Source of the DNA: Oceanispirochaeta sp.
GTDB taxonomy: Bacteria; Spirochaetota; Spirochaetia; DSM-2461
NCBI GenBank assembly: GCA_963666275.2
Contig: CAXXOA010000001.1
Location: 384,001 to 448,000, forward strand
Length of the DNA: 64,000 nt
Direction of reading: 5' to 3'
The position numbers and the translations under genes are program-made. Of this stretch, positions 50,311 through 59,725 are shown piece by piece. Each line of letters begins with the position of its first letter. Position 1 is the stretch's first letter. The notes beneath the pieces are model-generated. The model had not been told where the DNA came from. It did not search any database and was given only the letters and a program-made list of their open reading frames with translations.

Positions 50311-51225
50311 TCAGCTCTTGTCTGATTTGTTTCCCTCTTCCGGCTCAGAGGAAGAGGGGATCCCCCCGGGGTTTTTCTCTTCTACGGGGAGTTCCTCCCC
50401 ATCCATTTCTGCTGCAGCAGAGCTTTCCTCTTCCGGAGGGGCTGTGGTGAACAGATTGTAAAGGCTTCCTATAAGGCAGGCACTGAACTGAAGGGATATA
50501 TGAACAATATGGTATCCATCCACCTCAGTAGAGCCGCAGAAATCAATAATGGATCCGTTCAGCATAAAGGGGATATGGTCCCTTTTCATTTCCACAAGGA
50601 AGGATTCGGGCATATTTTTCAGAACATCCTCTTCGATATCCATATAGAGGGAGAGCTTGTTCACTCCCAGGCTGATAATGCGGCCCCCATAGGATTCTCC
50701 CTCGTCCGTACGGATCCTTATATCCTTTTTCACGCCCTCTCCGTTAAGCTGCCGGTGATCGAAGCTCTGGGAAATGTAGTGGATCGACGAGTAGATCGTT
50801 TTGTAGAGATCTCTGGTTTTGAAGAAAGTCTCCAGAATGGTTCTGTAGTCGTTGGGAATGCTCTGATAGTCACCGGTAAGGAGGCACTGGTTCCGGCTTT
50901 TGTTCAGTTCCCTGAAATCTTTCAGAATGATTCTTATGAAAAGGGGTACCGGCTTGCTGTAGTCAGGATGATTGAACTCCATATGGAGCATCAGGTTACC
51001 CGATGCTTCGGTAATAATCTTCTGCTCTTTCTGGCTCAGAATCAGAAGGACCTTGCAGTCCTTCAGTGAGAGCTGATAGGGAACACAGGAGAGTTTATAG
51101 TCGTCTGTCTGGATACGGCATCTGTTGCGGATGATACCCAGGGTTTCAATCATATAGGGGTTGAGGGTTATGTACTGTTCTTCCAATTCCGTGCTTTCCT
51201 TTTCTGGCATTTGACCATTATACAC
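50311..51225 (-). CDS. Hypothetical protein, possibly a tandem PilZ-like (spirochaetal PilZN3-like) fold
   Basis: Clean 304-aa ORF with two beta-rich halves. The family resemblance is by recall only. Confidence 0.5.
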   Translation of the reverse strand: MYNGQMPEKESTELEEQYITLNPYMIETLGIIRNRCRIQTDDYKLSCVPYQLSLKDCKVLLILSQKEQKIITEASGNLMLHMEFNHPDYSKPVPLFIRIILKDFRELNKSRNQCLLTGDYQSIPNDYRTILETFFKTRDLYKTIYSSIHYISQSFDHRQLNGEGVKKDIRIRTDEGESYGGRIISLGVNKLSLYMDIEEDVLKNMPESFLVEMKRDHIPFMLNGSIIDFCGSTEVDGYHIVHISLQFSACLIGSLYNLFTTAPPEEESSAAAEMDGEELPVEEKNPGGIPSSSEPEEGNKSDKS

Positions 51226-51257
51226 AGATTTTAGAAAATTCAGTCAGAGAAAATTCC

Positions 51258-51285
51258 GATTCCACCGGGAACGCCCGGAGGAATC
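51258..51285 (-). terminator. Hairpin after prs, possible terminator
   Basis: GATTCC-x-CCGGG-N4-CCCGG-x-GGAATC stem 6 nt after the prs stop. The U-tract is weak. Confidence 0.45.
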
Positions 51286-51291
51286 AGGGGG

Positions 51292-52233
51292 TTAATGAAA
51301 CAATTCCCCGATGCTGTCGCCTGTATGGATCCGTTTGATGGCCTCTGCTATCAGCGGGGCTGCTGAAATAATCTGCAGTCCCGGCAGCTCTTTTTCCGGG
51401 GGAACATCCACTGTGTTGGACACAAGAAGACCCTGAATATCCAGATTCTTAAGCCGCTGGATCGCAGGGCCGCAGAGAACCGGATGAACCGCTCCCACCA
51501 GGATATCCCGGACACCCGCTTTTTTAAGGGTTTCCACCGTTTTGAGAATGGTACCGCCTGTGGATATTTCATCATCGAAAATCAGAACATCCCGGCCTTC
51601 CACTTCGCCCACCACATGACCCTGCTGGACCTCTGTGTCGCTGATCCGTCTTTTATCGATAATCGCCAGGGACAGTCCCGCCAGTTCGGCAAAGTGGGCC
51701 GCCCTTTTGGCTCCCCCCGCGTCAGTGGCTACAGCCACCAGGTTTTCCGTATCGTAATGGCTCTTCACATAGTCCGCCAGAAGGGGAATCGCTGTGAGAT
51801 GATCCACAGGCATGCTGAAGAAGCCGTGTACCTGATCCGAATGGAGGTCCATGGTAAGAACCCTGTCGGCTCCTGATGTCTTGAGCAGATCCGCTATCAG
51901 TCTGGCTGTAATGGATATGCGGGGGGCGTCCTTTTTATCCGACCGGGCGTAGGAGTAGTAGGGGATCACAGCGGTGATTCTGCCGGCCGATGCGCTGCGC
52001 AGGGCATCCAGTGTGATCAGAAGGGTCACAAGATTATGGCTCACCGGCTCTGCCAGGGACTGAAAGACGAACACATCTTTTTCTCTGACACTCTCCAGGA
52101 TCTGAACCGAAAGGTTGTCATTGGAAAACCGGGATATTGCCAGGGGGCTCAGTTCCAGTCCCAGACGGGTACAGACCTGCTCCGCCAGGTCGGGATTGGA
52201 TCCGCAGCAGAAAATCTTCATGGCATTTTTCAT
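51292..52233 (-). CDS. prs: Ribose-phosphate pyrophosphokinase
   Basis: VIPYYSYARSDKK, MDLHSDQ, DAGGAKRA and DDEISTGGT. Confidence 0.93.
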   Translation of the reverse strand: MKNAMKIFCCGSNPDLAEQVCTRLGLELSPLAISRFSNDNLSVQILESVREKDVFVFQSLAEPVSHNLVTLLITLDALRSASAGRITAVIPYYSYARSDKKDAPRISITARLIADLLKTSGADRVLTMDLHSDQVHGFFSMPVDHLTAIPLLADYVKSHYDTENLVAVATDAGGAKRAAHFAELAGLSLAIIDKRRISDTEVQQGHVVGEVEGRDVLIFDDEISTGGTILKTVETLKKAGVRDILVGAVHPVLCGPAIQRLKNLDIQGLLVSNTVDVPPEKELPGLQIISAAPLIAEAIKRIHTGDSIGELFH

Positions 52234-54062
52234 ACGTTTTTCCCCAGTACTTTCAGAGCCAGTTCCACTTTGCCGAAGGGGGCGCTGACCTGGAATCCCT
52301 GTACGTAGGTATCAATGGCTTCACAGATCTCCGTGGCAATCCTGAGTCCCTCGGCTATGCCCTCCTCCCGGGACTGGCAGCGGCTCATCCTTTCCATTAC
52401 CGAGTCGGGAACTTCCACTCCCGGGACTTCGTTCCGCATAAACTCGGCATTTTTAAAGCTCACAAGAGGCCACACCCCGGCGATGACAGGGATCTGGCCG
52501 AAGGAAGAGGCCTTCTCCAGGAAATTCAGGAGAGCCATGGGGTCGAAAACGGGCTGGGTGATGGCAAACTCGGCTCCCGCTTCGATCTTCCTTCTGTAGC
52601 GGTCCAGTTCCAGTTCAGGAGAGACCGCACAGGGATTGGCTCCCACTCCCGTAAAGATCGAAGTGGGGGGGGATATGGGGTTGCCCCCGAAGTCCCGGCC
52701 GTAGTTCATATTCCGGACCACCTGGGTGAGTCCGATGGCATCCACATCAAAGACTCCGGTCACCTCCGGGTAGTCTCCCGACTTGGGAGGATCTCCTGTG
52801 ATGACAAGGAAGTTCTTCAGCCCCGCCGCCACGCTTCCCAGTATATCCGACTGCATTCCCAGAAGGTTCCTGTCCCGGCAGGTGTAGTGAAGAACCGCTT
52901 CGATTCCCGCCTCTTTCTGTATCACCGAAGCGGCGATCATGGGGGAGACCCTGGCACTGGCCCGGGGGCCGTCGGGTATATTGATCGCATCCACGCCGTG
53001 GTAGGCGCAGGTTCTGGCTTTGGCAAGAAAGGCTGAAAGATCGGTGCTCCGGGGAGGGGTAATCTCAACGGATGTGACTTTCACTCCCTGCTTGATCAGG
53101 CAGGCCAGACGGGATTTGTCCTCCTGGGGGACAGGCTTGAAATCCTGGTCTTCCTGCAGGGCCGCTTTGACTTGGATATGCTTTTTGACAACACTGATGG
53201 CTTTGACAGCCCGGGAGGCATCCCGGATATGATCCGGTGTGGTTCCGCAGCATCCGCCTACCGCACGGACTCCCAGTTCCATGAATTTCTTGGCATACTT
53301 GGTAAAATAGTCCGGATTGGAAAGGTAGATCATCCTCCCGTCCAGTTCTTTGGGAAAACCCGCATTGGGCAGAACAATGACCGGTTTTTCCGTGAGCCCC
53401 ATGGCTTCTCTGACCCACTCATACAGATGGGAGGGGCCGGTGCCGCAGTTGAGGCCTATCATCTGAACCGCATCGCTCCTGTTGAGCTTGTCAATGACGA
53501 TCCTCAGACTCTCGCCTCCGGGGGTATAGCCCTCTTCGGTAAGGGTAAAGGAGGCGCACACAGGTTTGCCGCAGGAGGAAGCCGCCCGGGCGGCCACAAG
53601 AAGCTCTGCACTGTGACTGAAGGTTTCAAGAAGAAACATATCCACTCCGCCCTGATTCAAGGCATCCGCCTGTTCTCTGAACACATCAGAGAGTTCTTCT
53701 TTTCTGTCGGGCCTCAGGATCTGACCGGACTTGAGGCAGGGTCCCATGGAACCGGCCACATAGAGCTCCTCTTCCGCGTATTTCCTGGCCAGTCTGGCCG
53801 CCGCAAGATTGATCTCTCTGACCTTGTCCCCCAGACCGTGTTCGGCCAGTTTGATCCGGTTGGCACCAAAGGAGTTTGTTTCAAGAACATCCGCCCCGGC
53901 GTCTCTGTATTCCTGATGGATCTCTCCCACCAGGTCGGGGGAGGTCAGGTTCAGCTCATCGTAGCAGCGGTTCAGAAAAACGCCTTTGCTGTAGAGCATT
54001 GTTCCCATGGCACCGTCAAATACCAGGGGCTGTTCCTTGATTCTCTCGAGTATGGGCTTCAC
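52230..54062 (-). CDS. Bifunctional homocysteine S-methyltransferase / methylenetetrahydrofolate reductase (YitJ-like)
   Basis: FDGAMGT, GLNC and GGCCGT, then MTHFR domain motifs VEITPP, CRDRN, ITGDPP and ITQPVFD. Confidence 0.9.
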   Translation of the reverse strand: MKPILERIKEQPLVFDGAMGTMLYSKGVFLNRCYDELNLTSPDLVGEIHQEYRDAGADVLETNSFGANRIKLAEHGLGDKVREINLAAARLARKYAEEELYVAGSMGPCLKSGQILRPDRKEELSDVFREQADALNQGGVDMFLLETFSHSAELLVAARAASSCGKPVCASFTLTEEGYTPGGESLRIVIDKLNRSDAVQMIGLNCGTGPSHLYEWVREAMGLTEKPVIVLPNAGFPKELDGRMIYLSNPDYFTKYAKKFMELGVRAVGGCCGTTPDHIRDASRAVKAISVVKKHIQVKAALQEDQDFKPVPQEDKSRLACLIKQGVKVTSVEITPPRSTDLSAFLAKARTCAYHGVDAINIPDGPRASARVSPMIAASVIQKEAGIEAVLHYTCRDRNLLGMQSDILGSVAAGLKNFLVITGDPPKSGDYPEVTGVFDVDAIGLTQVVRNMNYGRDFGGNPISPPTSIFTGVGANPCAVSPELELDRYRRKIEAGAEFAITQPVFDPMALLNFLEKASSFGQIPVIAGVWPLVSFKNAEFMRNEVPGVEVPDSVMERMSRCQSREEGIAEGLRIATEICEAIDTYVQGFQVSAPFGKVELALKVLGKNV

Positions 54063-54120
54063 GACTTAAAAACTCCTTCTTCTGTGTTCTTTTTTAAAAT
54101 AGCGGACCTGCTGTTCTGAC

Positions 54121-54279
54121 TCAGTCCAGTGGGTCGAAATTGTCTTTTGTGGTGTAGCAAAGAGGGCAGACCCAGGTATCGGGAAGGTCCTCGAAAGCGG
54201 TCCCCGCAGGGATATCCCCCATGGGGTCTCCCTGGGCCGGATCATAGATGTATCCGCAGTTAATGCAAATATATTTCAT
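54121..54279 (-). CDS. Rubredoxin
   Basis: Below the ORF-track cutoff. Manual translation: [52 protein letters not shown] (two CxxC). AGGAG RBS. Confidence 0.93.
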   Translation of the reverse strand: MKYICINCGYIYDPAQGDPMGDIPAGTAFEDLPDTWVCPLCYTTKDNFDPLD

Positions 54280-54295
54280 TCAGGCTCTCCTTTTT

Positions 54296-56746
54296 TTATA
54301 CGGCAAAGTACTTTGCCTGGGGATGATGCGCCACCAGAGCCGATGTGGACTGCTCGGGGACCATCTCATAGTTTTCCGTCAGGGTAATGCCGATCCTTTC
54401 GGGTTTCAGCATTTCAAAGACAGGACCGTGGGCTGATATATCCGGGCAGGAGGGGTAACCGAATCCGTACCGGGACCCCTGGTACTGCTGGGTTACATAG
54501 CCGTGTATGCTTTCCGGCTCTGACGAGGCAATGCCCATTTCCACCCGCATCCTCTTGTGCCAGTACTCCGCCAGGGCGTCTGTCACCTCCACGCTGAAGG
54601 CATGGAGCATCAGATAGTCGTGATAGGCATCCGCTTCATAGAGCTCGGCGGTCCGTTTGGAAACCTCGTCGCCGATGGTGACCACAAACAGTCCGGCCAC
54701 ATCCCCCCCCTCTTCGGCGCTCTTGTAATAGTCCGAAAGACAGAGGAAGGGAGCTTCTCCCTGCCGGGGAAAGGGGTAGTCATACTCCTTCCCGTTGTGC
54801 TGCATTACAAGGGTCTCCCCCCGGCTTTCGCAGGCGAAGTAGCCGTAGGCGGCGGCGGGTTTGATCAGTCCCTCATGGAGGAACTGCCGGCGGAACTCTT
54901 CGTACAGGGGTTCCACTTTGGTTTTGATCAGTTCGCTGTACTCTTCCCCGGTCATCTTGCCCCGTCTGTAGCCCCAGCGGCCCCGGAACAGGGCCTGTTT
55001 GTTGATCAGGGAGAGCACTTCCTCCAGGTCTATGTCGGTGACGATTCTGTCTCCCAGAAAAGGGGGATCGGGAACCGGATTATCCCGGAGGATTTCTGCA
55101 TCTCTTCGTCCCGGCTTGACTGTTTCTCCCGTACTTCTGGCTTCCCAGGTGGTGGCTGCCAGTTTTCCCGCTTCAAAATCCCGCACCTTTTTCAGAGCAT
55201 CAAAGGCATCGGAGTTATAGACTACAGGATGGGTGTAGCCGGGAACACAGCTTTCGGCCACAAACTTCTTTGTCAGGGCGGCTCCCCCCAGAAAGATGGG
55301 AACCTTCAATCCCGCTTCCTCGTACTGGCTCATGCTCTCTTTCATGACCATGGCGGATTTTACAAGCAGCCCGCTGAGGCCTATGATATCCACCTCTTTT
55401 TCCCGGGCCTGCTGGATGATGGTTTCCGCAGGGACTTTGATCCCAATATTGTAAACCTTGTAGCCGTTGTTGCTGAGGATAATATCCACAAGGTTTTTTC
55501 CTATGTCATGGACATCGCCCTGAACAGTAGCCAGGAGGATCTTTGTCTGGTTGCCTGATTCGGCCTTTTCCATAAGGGGTTCCAGGTAGCGGACCGAGGC
55601 TTTCATGGTTTCGGCCGACTGGAGAACGAAGGGCAGGAGGATCTCTCCCTTTCCGAAGAGCTCGCCCACATGCCGCATGGCCGGTATGAGCACATCGTTG
55701 ATTATGCCGATGGGGGTGTTCCTCTGAAGGAGCATATCCAGAATGTCTGTCAGATCATCCCGGTTTCCCGCTACGATCTTGTCGTACATCTGGGTTTCCA
55801 GGGGTTTCCATTTTGTGTCTTTTTCATCTTCGTCGCTGATTTTGGCATCGGAAAAGTGATCGATAAACAGCAGAAGGGGAGACTTATCTTCGTTTTTCAC
55901 CCTGTCATAGAGCAGATCCATACAGATCTCTCTGTCCTCCTCGCTGATCGAGGCCAGGGGGAGGATTTTGGCGGCGTCGATGATACAAGAGTCCAGTCCC
56001 GCCTCCAGGGCTTCATGGAGGAATACCGCATTGAGAATCCTACGGGAGGGGGCGGAAAGGCCGAAAGATATATTGCTCAGCCCCAGCATGGTCAGGCAGC
56101 CGGGGAGCTCTTTTTTGATAAGCCGGATGGCATCCATGGTTTGAACCGCCGCATCCCTCAGGTTTTCATCCCCCGCTCCGACCGTAAAGGTGAGGGGATC
56201 AAAAAGGATGTCATGGGGTCTGATACCGAACTCTCCGACCGCAATATCATAGATCCGGCGGGCCACTTCCAGCTTTTTCTCCGCCGTCATGGCCATCCCG
56301 TCTTCGTCTATGGTCAGGGCCACCACGGCGGCACCGTATTTTTTCACAACCTTCAGGACCCGGTAGATGTTCTTTCCCCCGTCCTCCAGGTTCACCGAGT
56401 TGACAATGCACCGGCCCGGATAGAGTTTCAAAGACTCCTCAATCACTTCCGGAGTGGTGGAATCAATCATTAAAGGGGTTTTCAGGGATCCCGCAAAGAG
56501 GGGGACCAGGGTGGTCATGTCCTTCATCTCGTCCCGGCCCGCATAGGCGGTACACAGGTCGATCACATGGGCTCCTGCGGCTTCCTGATCCCGGCCCATG
56601 GTCAGACAGCTGCCGTAGTCGTCGGCCAGGAGGAACTCCCTGAATTTTTTCGAACCGTTGGAGTTGCACCTTTCCCCGATGATTAGGGGCTTTATTTCCT
56701 GAACCAGTTCCACTGATTCATATAGGCTGGCTATGGAAGGTTTCAC
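54296..56746 (-). CDS. metH: B12-dependent methionine synthase, pterin-binding, cobalamin-binding and activation part
   Basis: IIGERCN..GSKKF, GDVHDIGKN, LSGLL and RYGFGYPSCPD, ending HHPQAKYF. Confidence 0.92.
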   Translation of the reverse strand: MKPSIASLYESVELVQEIKPLIIGERCNSNGSKKFREFLLADDYGSCLTMGRDQEAAGAHVIDLCTAYAGRDEMKDMTTLVPLFAGSLKTPLMIDSTTPEVIEESLKLYPGRCIVNSVNLEDGGKNIYRVLKVVKKYGAAVVALTIDEDGMAMTAEKKLEVARRIYDIAVGEFGIRPHDILFDPLTFTVGAGDENLRDAAVQTMDAIRLIKKELPGCLTMLGLSNISFGLSAPSRRILNAVFLHEALEAGLDSCIIDAAKILPLASISEEDREICMDLLYDRVKNEDKSPLLLFIDHFSDAKISDEDEKDTKWKPLETQMYDKIVAGNRDDLTDILDMLLQRNTPIGIINDVLIPAMRHVGELFGKGEILLPFVLQSAETMKASVRYLEPLMEKAESGNQTKILLATVQGDVHDIGKNLVDIILSNNGYKVYNIGIKVPAETIIQQAREKEVDIIGLSGLLVKSAMVMKESMSQYEEAGLKVPIFLGGAALTKKFVAESCVPGYTHPVVYNSDAFDALKKVRDFEAGKLAATTWEARSTGETVKPGRRDAEILRDNPVPDPPFLGDRIVTDIDLEEVLSLINKQALFRGRWGYRRGKMTGEEYSELIKTKVEPLYEEFRRQFLHEGLIKPAAAYGYFACESRGETLVMQHNGKEYDYPFPRQGEAPFLCLSDYYKSAEEGGDVAGLFVVTIGDEVSKRTAELYEADAYHDYLMLHAFSVEVTDALAEYWHKRMRVEMGIASSEPESIHGYVTQQYQGSRYGFGYPSCPDISAHGPVFEMLKPERIGITLTENYEMVPEQSTSALVAHHPQAKYFAV

Positions 56747-57678
56747 TGCTGCACCTCCCTCTGGGCCGGTTCAATTCCCGAAACAGCCTCTTTCAGCGCT
56801 CTAATATGATCCGGAGTGGAGCCGCAGCATCCCCCCACCAGGGAAACGCCCCATTTTTCCACAAAGGTTTTCATTTCTCCCGCAAAGTGTTCGGGGGTCA
56901 TGGGATAGCAGGTCTTCCCGTCTATGATTTCGGGCAGTCCCTGATTGGGAAGGCAGGAAACCCTTCCGCTCCAGTTATGGCTGAGCCAGTGTATGGAGGA
57001 CTGCATATCCTCCGGCCCGGTGGCGCAGTTCAGGCCGAAAGCGAAGACCGGAAAGGGCTCTATGATGGCAGCAGCCGCAGCTATATCCGAGCCGGCCAGC
57101 ATGGTGCCAGTTTTTTCTATGGTTACCGAGATGATCAGGGGGAGCTCTTTTCCCAGTTCCTCCATCACTTCTCCAGCGGCTATGAGAGATGTTTTGAGCT
57201 GCAGTACATCCTGGGCTGTTTCAAGCATCAGCAGGTCTACTCCCGCATTGATGAGGGCGCGGACCTGATCCTTGTAGGCTCTGTTGACTTCATCCACAGT
57301 GATGTGCCCCAGCGAGGGGAGTTTTGTCCCGGGACCGCAGGAGCCGGCGACCCAGCCGTGTCCGGAGAGTTCCACTGCCCTGCGGGCCGCTTCCACACCG
57401 GCCCGGTTGATCTCTTCCACTCTGTCCTCCAGTCCGTATTCGCTGAGAACAATAGAAGAGGCTCCGAAGGTATTGGTTTCGATGATATCGGCTCCCGCAT
57501 CAAGGAACTCCCTGTGCATCTCTGTTATCTTTTCAGGACAACTGATATTCAGGTATTCGTTGCACCCCTCGTTGCCGTCCCACACAGATTCAGGAAGGTC
57601 CATGTTCTGTATGCTTGTTCCGCAGGCTCCATCAAGGATTAACAGCTTTTTCTCTTGTAAATCCATTCTTTCTCCCAT
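56743..57678 (-). CDS. metH: Methionine synthase homocysteine-binding domain (separate gene of a split metH)
   Basis: LDGACGT, ETNTFG, GLNCATGP and GGCCGS. GTGA overlap with the next gene, which has its own GGAGG RBS. Confidence 0.88.
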   Translation of the reverse strand: MGERMDLQEKKLLILDGACGTSIQNMDLPESVWDGNEGCNEYLNISCPEKITEMHREFLDAGADIIETNTFGASSIVLSEYGLEDRVEEINRAGVEAARRAVELSGHGWVAGSCGPGTKLPSLGHITVDEVNRAYKDQVRALINAGVDLLMLETAQDVLQLKTSLIAAGEVMEELGKELPLIISVTIEKTGTMLAGSDIAAAAAIIEPFPVFAFGLNCATGPEDMQSSIHWLSHNWSGRVSCLPNQGLPEIIDGKTCYPMTPEHFAGEMKTFVEKWGVSLVGGCCGSTPDHIRALKEAVSGIEPAQREVQQ

Positions 57679-57845
57679 TTTTTCTCTGTTTTGTCCTATA
57701 CAGGCTTTCCGACCGGTCCGTCGAAATTGTCACCTAGTATAGACACTTTGCATAGGAAAGTCTAAGCCCCCGGAGCCGGGCTTGTCCATTTCTCCCGGAT
57801 CTTTCAGAAGCCGACGGGTTCTGTTTGTGCCCGGGAGGAAAACTC

Positions 57846-57874
57846 TTGACTTTTTGTCCATGTCACCCTACTTT
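57846..57874 (+). promoter_or_regulatory. sigma70-like promoter of the ECF operon
   Basis: TTGACT-17 nt-TACTTT, which puts +1 near 57880, at the base of the hairpin. Confidence 0.55.
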
Positions 57875-57879
57875 TTAAT

Positions 57880-57921
57880 CACCAGTACGCCTGGATCTGT
57901 TAAAGACCGGGACGTGAGGTG
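57880..57921 (+). ncRNA. Cis-regulatory hairpin with two bulged A residues (pan RNA motif-like), copy 1
   Basis: ACG-CCTGG-A-TCT-GTTAA-AGA-CCGGG-A-CGT (57887-57915), extendable by CACC/GGTG over an SD sequence. Confidence 0.7.
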
Positions 57922-57988
57922 TAAACAATGAAAAAGAAAACTGAATATATATCTCATTATCAGTCCCAGCCCCCTTCAGGGAGGGTCT

Positions 57989-59725
57989 ATGGACAGCTCT
58001 GAATCCTTTGTCCGGTTTAAACGGGTGGGATTCTCCTATCCCGGAAATCCGGATGAGACCCTTAAAGAGGTAAACTTCTCTATTGCCAGAGGAAGCAGAA
58101 CCCTTATCCTGGGGAGTAACGGTTCCGGGAAAAGTACCCTTGTCCGGCTCATCACGGGGCTTCTGACTCCCCGGGCCGGTGAGGTCCTGACCTCCGGGCT
58201 GAATACAGCGGCAGAAGAGAACCGCAGAACCATCCGGGAAAGGGCGGGGCTGCTGTTTCAGAATCCCTCCTCCCAGATCGTTGCCACTGTGGTCCGGGAA
58301 GACGCGGCTTTCGGTCCCGAAAACCTGGGACTGGCCAGTCAGGAGATCCGGGAGAGGGTCCGGAACGCTCTGGAGAGAACAGGTCTTTCCCCCCTCTCCC
58401 GCAGAGCCACCCATGATCTTTCGGCGGGGCAGCAGCAGAGACTCTCTCTGGCCGGGGTCCTGGCGCTGGGTTCGGGCTGTCTTATCCTGGACGAAGCGGC
58501 TTCCATGCTGAATCCCTCGGCCCGCAGAGATATGGATCTGCTTCTGGATGACCTTTACAGCCGGGGATACACGATCATTCAGGTCTCCCATTTTATGGAA
58601 CAGATCCTGGAAGCCGACCATATCCTGATCCTCAACAGGGGCGAACTGGTCTTCGACGGTAATAAAGAGGAGCTTCTGGAACAGGCGGATCATCTTGCCG
58701 GATGGTCGCTGAAACTGCCGGAAGTGGTCACCCTGTCCAGGAGCCTTCAGCTCCCCCTCTGTCTGGATGAACAGACCCTTAGCTCTCGTATAAAAGAGAA
58801 ATTTCCTGAAAACCCGGGTTCCGGGAATAGTCCTTTCAGCGGATATGAATCTTCCGCCCCGGACCATGAGGCTCCCCTCCTTGTTCTCAATAGAGTGAAC
58901 TTTGATTATAACAGCCGCAGACCGAATCCTGTTCCCGCTGTGAGAAATCTGGATTTTTCCTTTTTCCGGGGGGAAACGGCCGTGTTTATGGGGACTACAG
59001 GCTCGGGAAAGTCTACGATCCTTCAGATTCTGAACTCCCTGCTTCTGCCTCAGGAGGGACGTGTCTCCCTGCTGGGTGAGAATCCTCTGGACAGGAAATG
59101 CGATCTTACAGGGCTGCGCCGCCGGATAGGACTGGTTATGCAGCAGCCTGAAAAACAGCTTTTTGCCCCCCTGACGGGGGATGATATCGCCTATGGACCC
59201 AAACTGCAGGGGTTGAAGGGCAGGGAATTGGCTCTCCGGGTGAAAGAAGCCATGGAGCTTATGGAACTTTCCTATAAAACCTTCCGGGACAAACCTGTGA
59301 GGGCTTTGAGCGGGGGGCAGAAGCGCAAGGTCGCCCTGGCGGGCATTCTGGCAATGAAACCGGAAATCCTCCTTCTGGATGAACCCACCGCCGGACTGGA
59401 TCCGCTCTCCCGGGATCATCTGGAAAGGCTTATGCTCAGCCTCAGGGAAGAGGGGATCAGTCTGATCTTTTCAACCCATGACGTGGAGCAGGCCGTCCGC
59501 CTGGGATCCCGCCTTATCGTTATGGATCAGGGGGAGAAAGCCTTCGACGGAAATCCTCTGGATTTTTTTCTCCGCCATGATCCGGCCCTCTACGGCCTGG
59601 AATCTCCTCTGGCTTTCAGAATCTGGCAGAATGCGGGAAAAGGGGGCCGGGTTCCTCTCCTGCCGGAAGAGCTGGTTACCCGGCTGCAGGCGGAAATCCC
59701 CGCAGGGAAGGGGAGTGGCCTATGA
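57989..59725 (+). CDS. ECF transporter ATPase with two fused ABC domains (EcfA-EcfA')
   Basis: GSNGSGKST / FQNPSSQ / LSAGQQQR and GTTGSGKST / LSGGQKRK / LDEPTAGLD. Confidence 0.92.
   Translation: MDSSESFVRFKRVGFSYPGNPDETLKEVNFSIARGSRTLILGSNGSGKSTLVRLITGLLTPRAGEVLTSGLNTAAEENRRTIRERAGLLFQNPSSQIVATVVREDAAFGPENLGLASQEIRERVRNALERTGLSPLSRRATHDLSAGQQQRLSLAGVLALGSGCLILDEAASMLNPSARRDMDLLLDDLYSRGYTIIQVSHFMEQILEADHILILNRGELVFDGNKEELLEQADHLAGWSLKLPEVVTLSRSLQLPLCLDEQTLSSRIKEKFPENPGSGNSPFSGYESSAPDHEAPLLVLNRVNFDYNSRRPNPVPAVRNLDFSFFRGETAVFMGTTGSGKSTILQILNSLLLPQEGRVSLLGENPLDRKCDLTGLRRRIGLVMQQPEKQLFAPLTGDDIAYGPKLQGLKGRELALRVKEAMELMELSYKTFRDKPVRALSGGQKRKVALAGILAMKPEILLLDEPTAGLDPLSRDHLERLMLSLREEGISLIFSTHDVEQAVRLGSRLIVMDQGEKAFDGNPLDFFLRHDPALYGLESPLAFRIWQNAGKGGRVPLLPEELVTRLQAEIPAGKGSGL

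Noticed and set aside
56740..56750. metH as a frameshifted pseudogene
   Set aside because: The break falls at a domain boundary with a GTGA overlap and a GGAGG RBS, consistent with a real two-gene arrangement.
52137..57642. Several 270-330-aa plus-strand ORFs
   Set aside because: Antisense to well-supported methionine synthesis genes.
57679..57845. Possible SAM or cobalamin riboswitch upstream of the met operon
   Set aside because: I could not find SAM-I or B12-box consensus elements by eye, only a short AAGCCC/GGGCTT inverted repeat at 57764-57783. An Rfam scan would be decisive.
57875..59419. 514-aa minus-strand ORF
   Set aside because: Antisense shadow of the ECF ATPase with no recognisable motifs. 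Such shadows are common opposite ABC ATPases.
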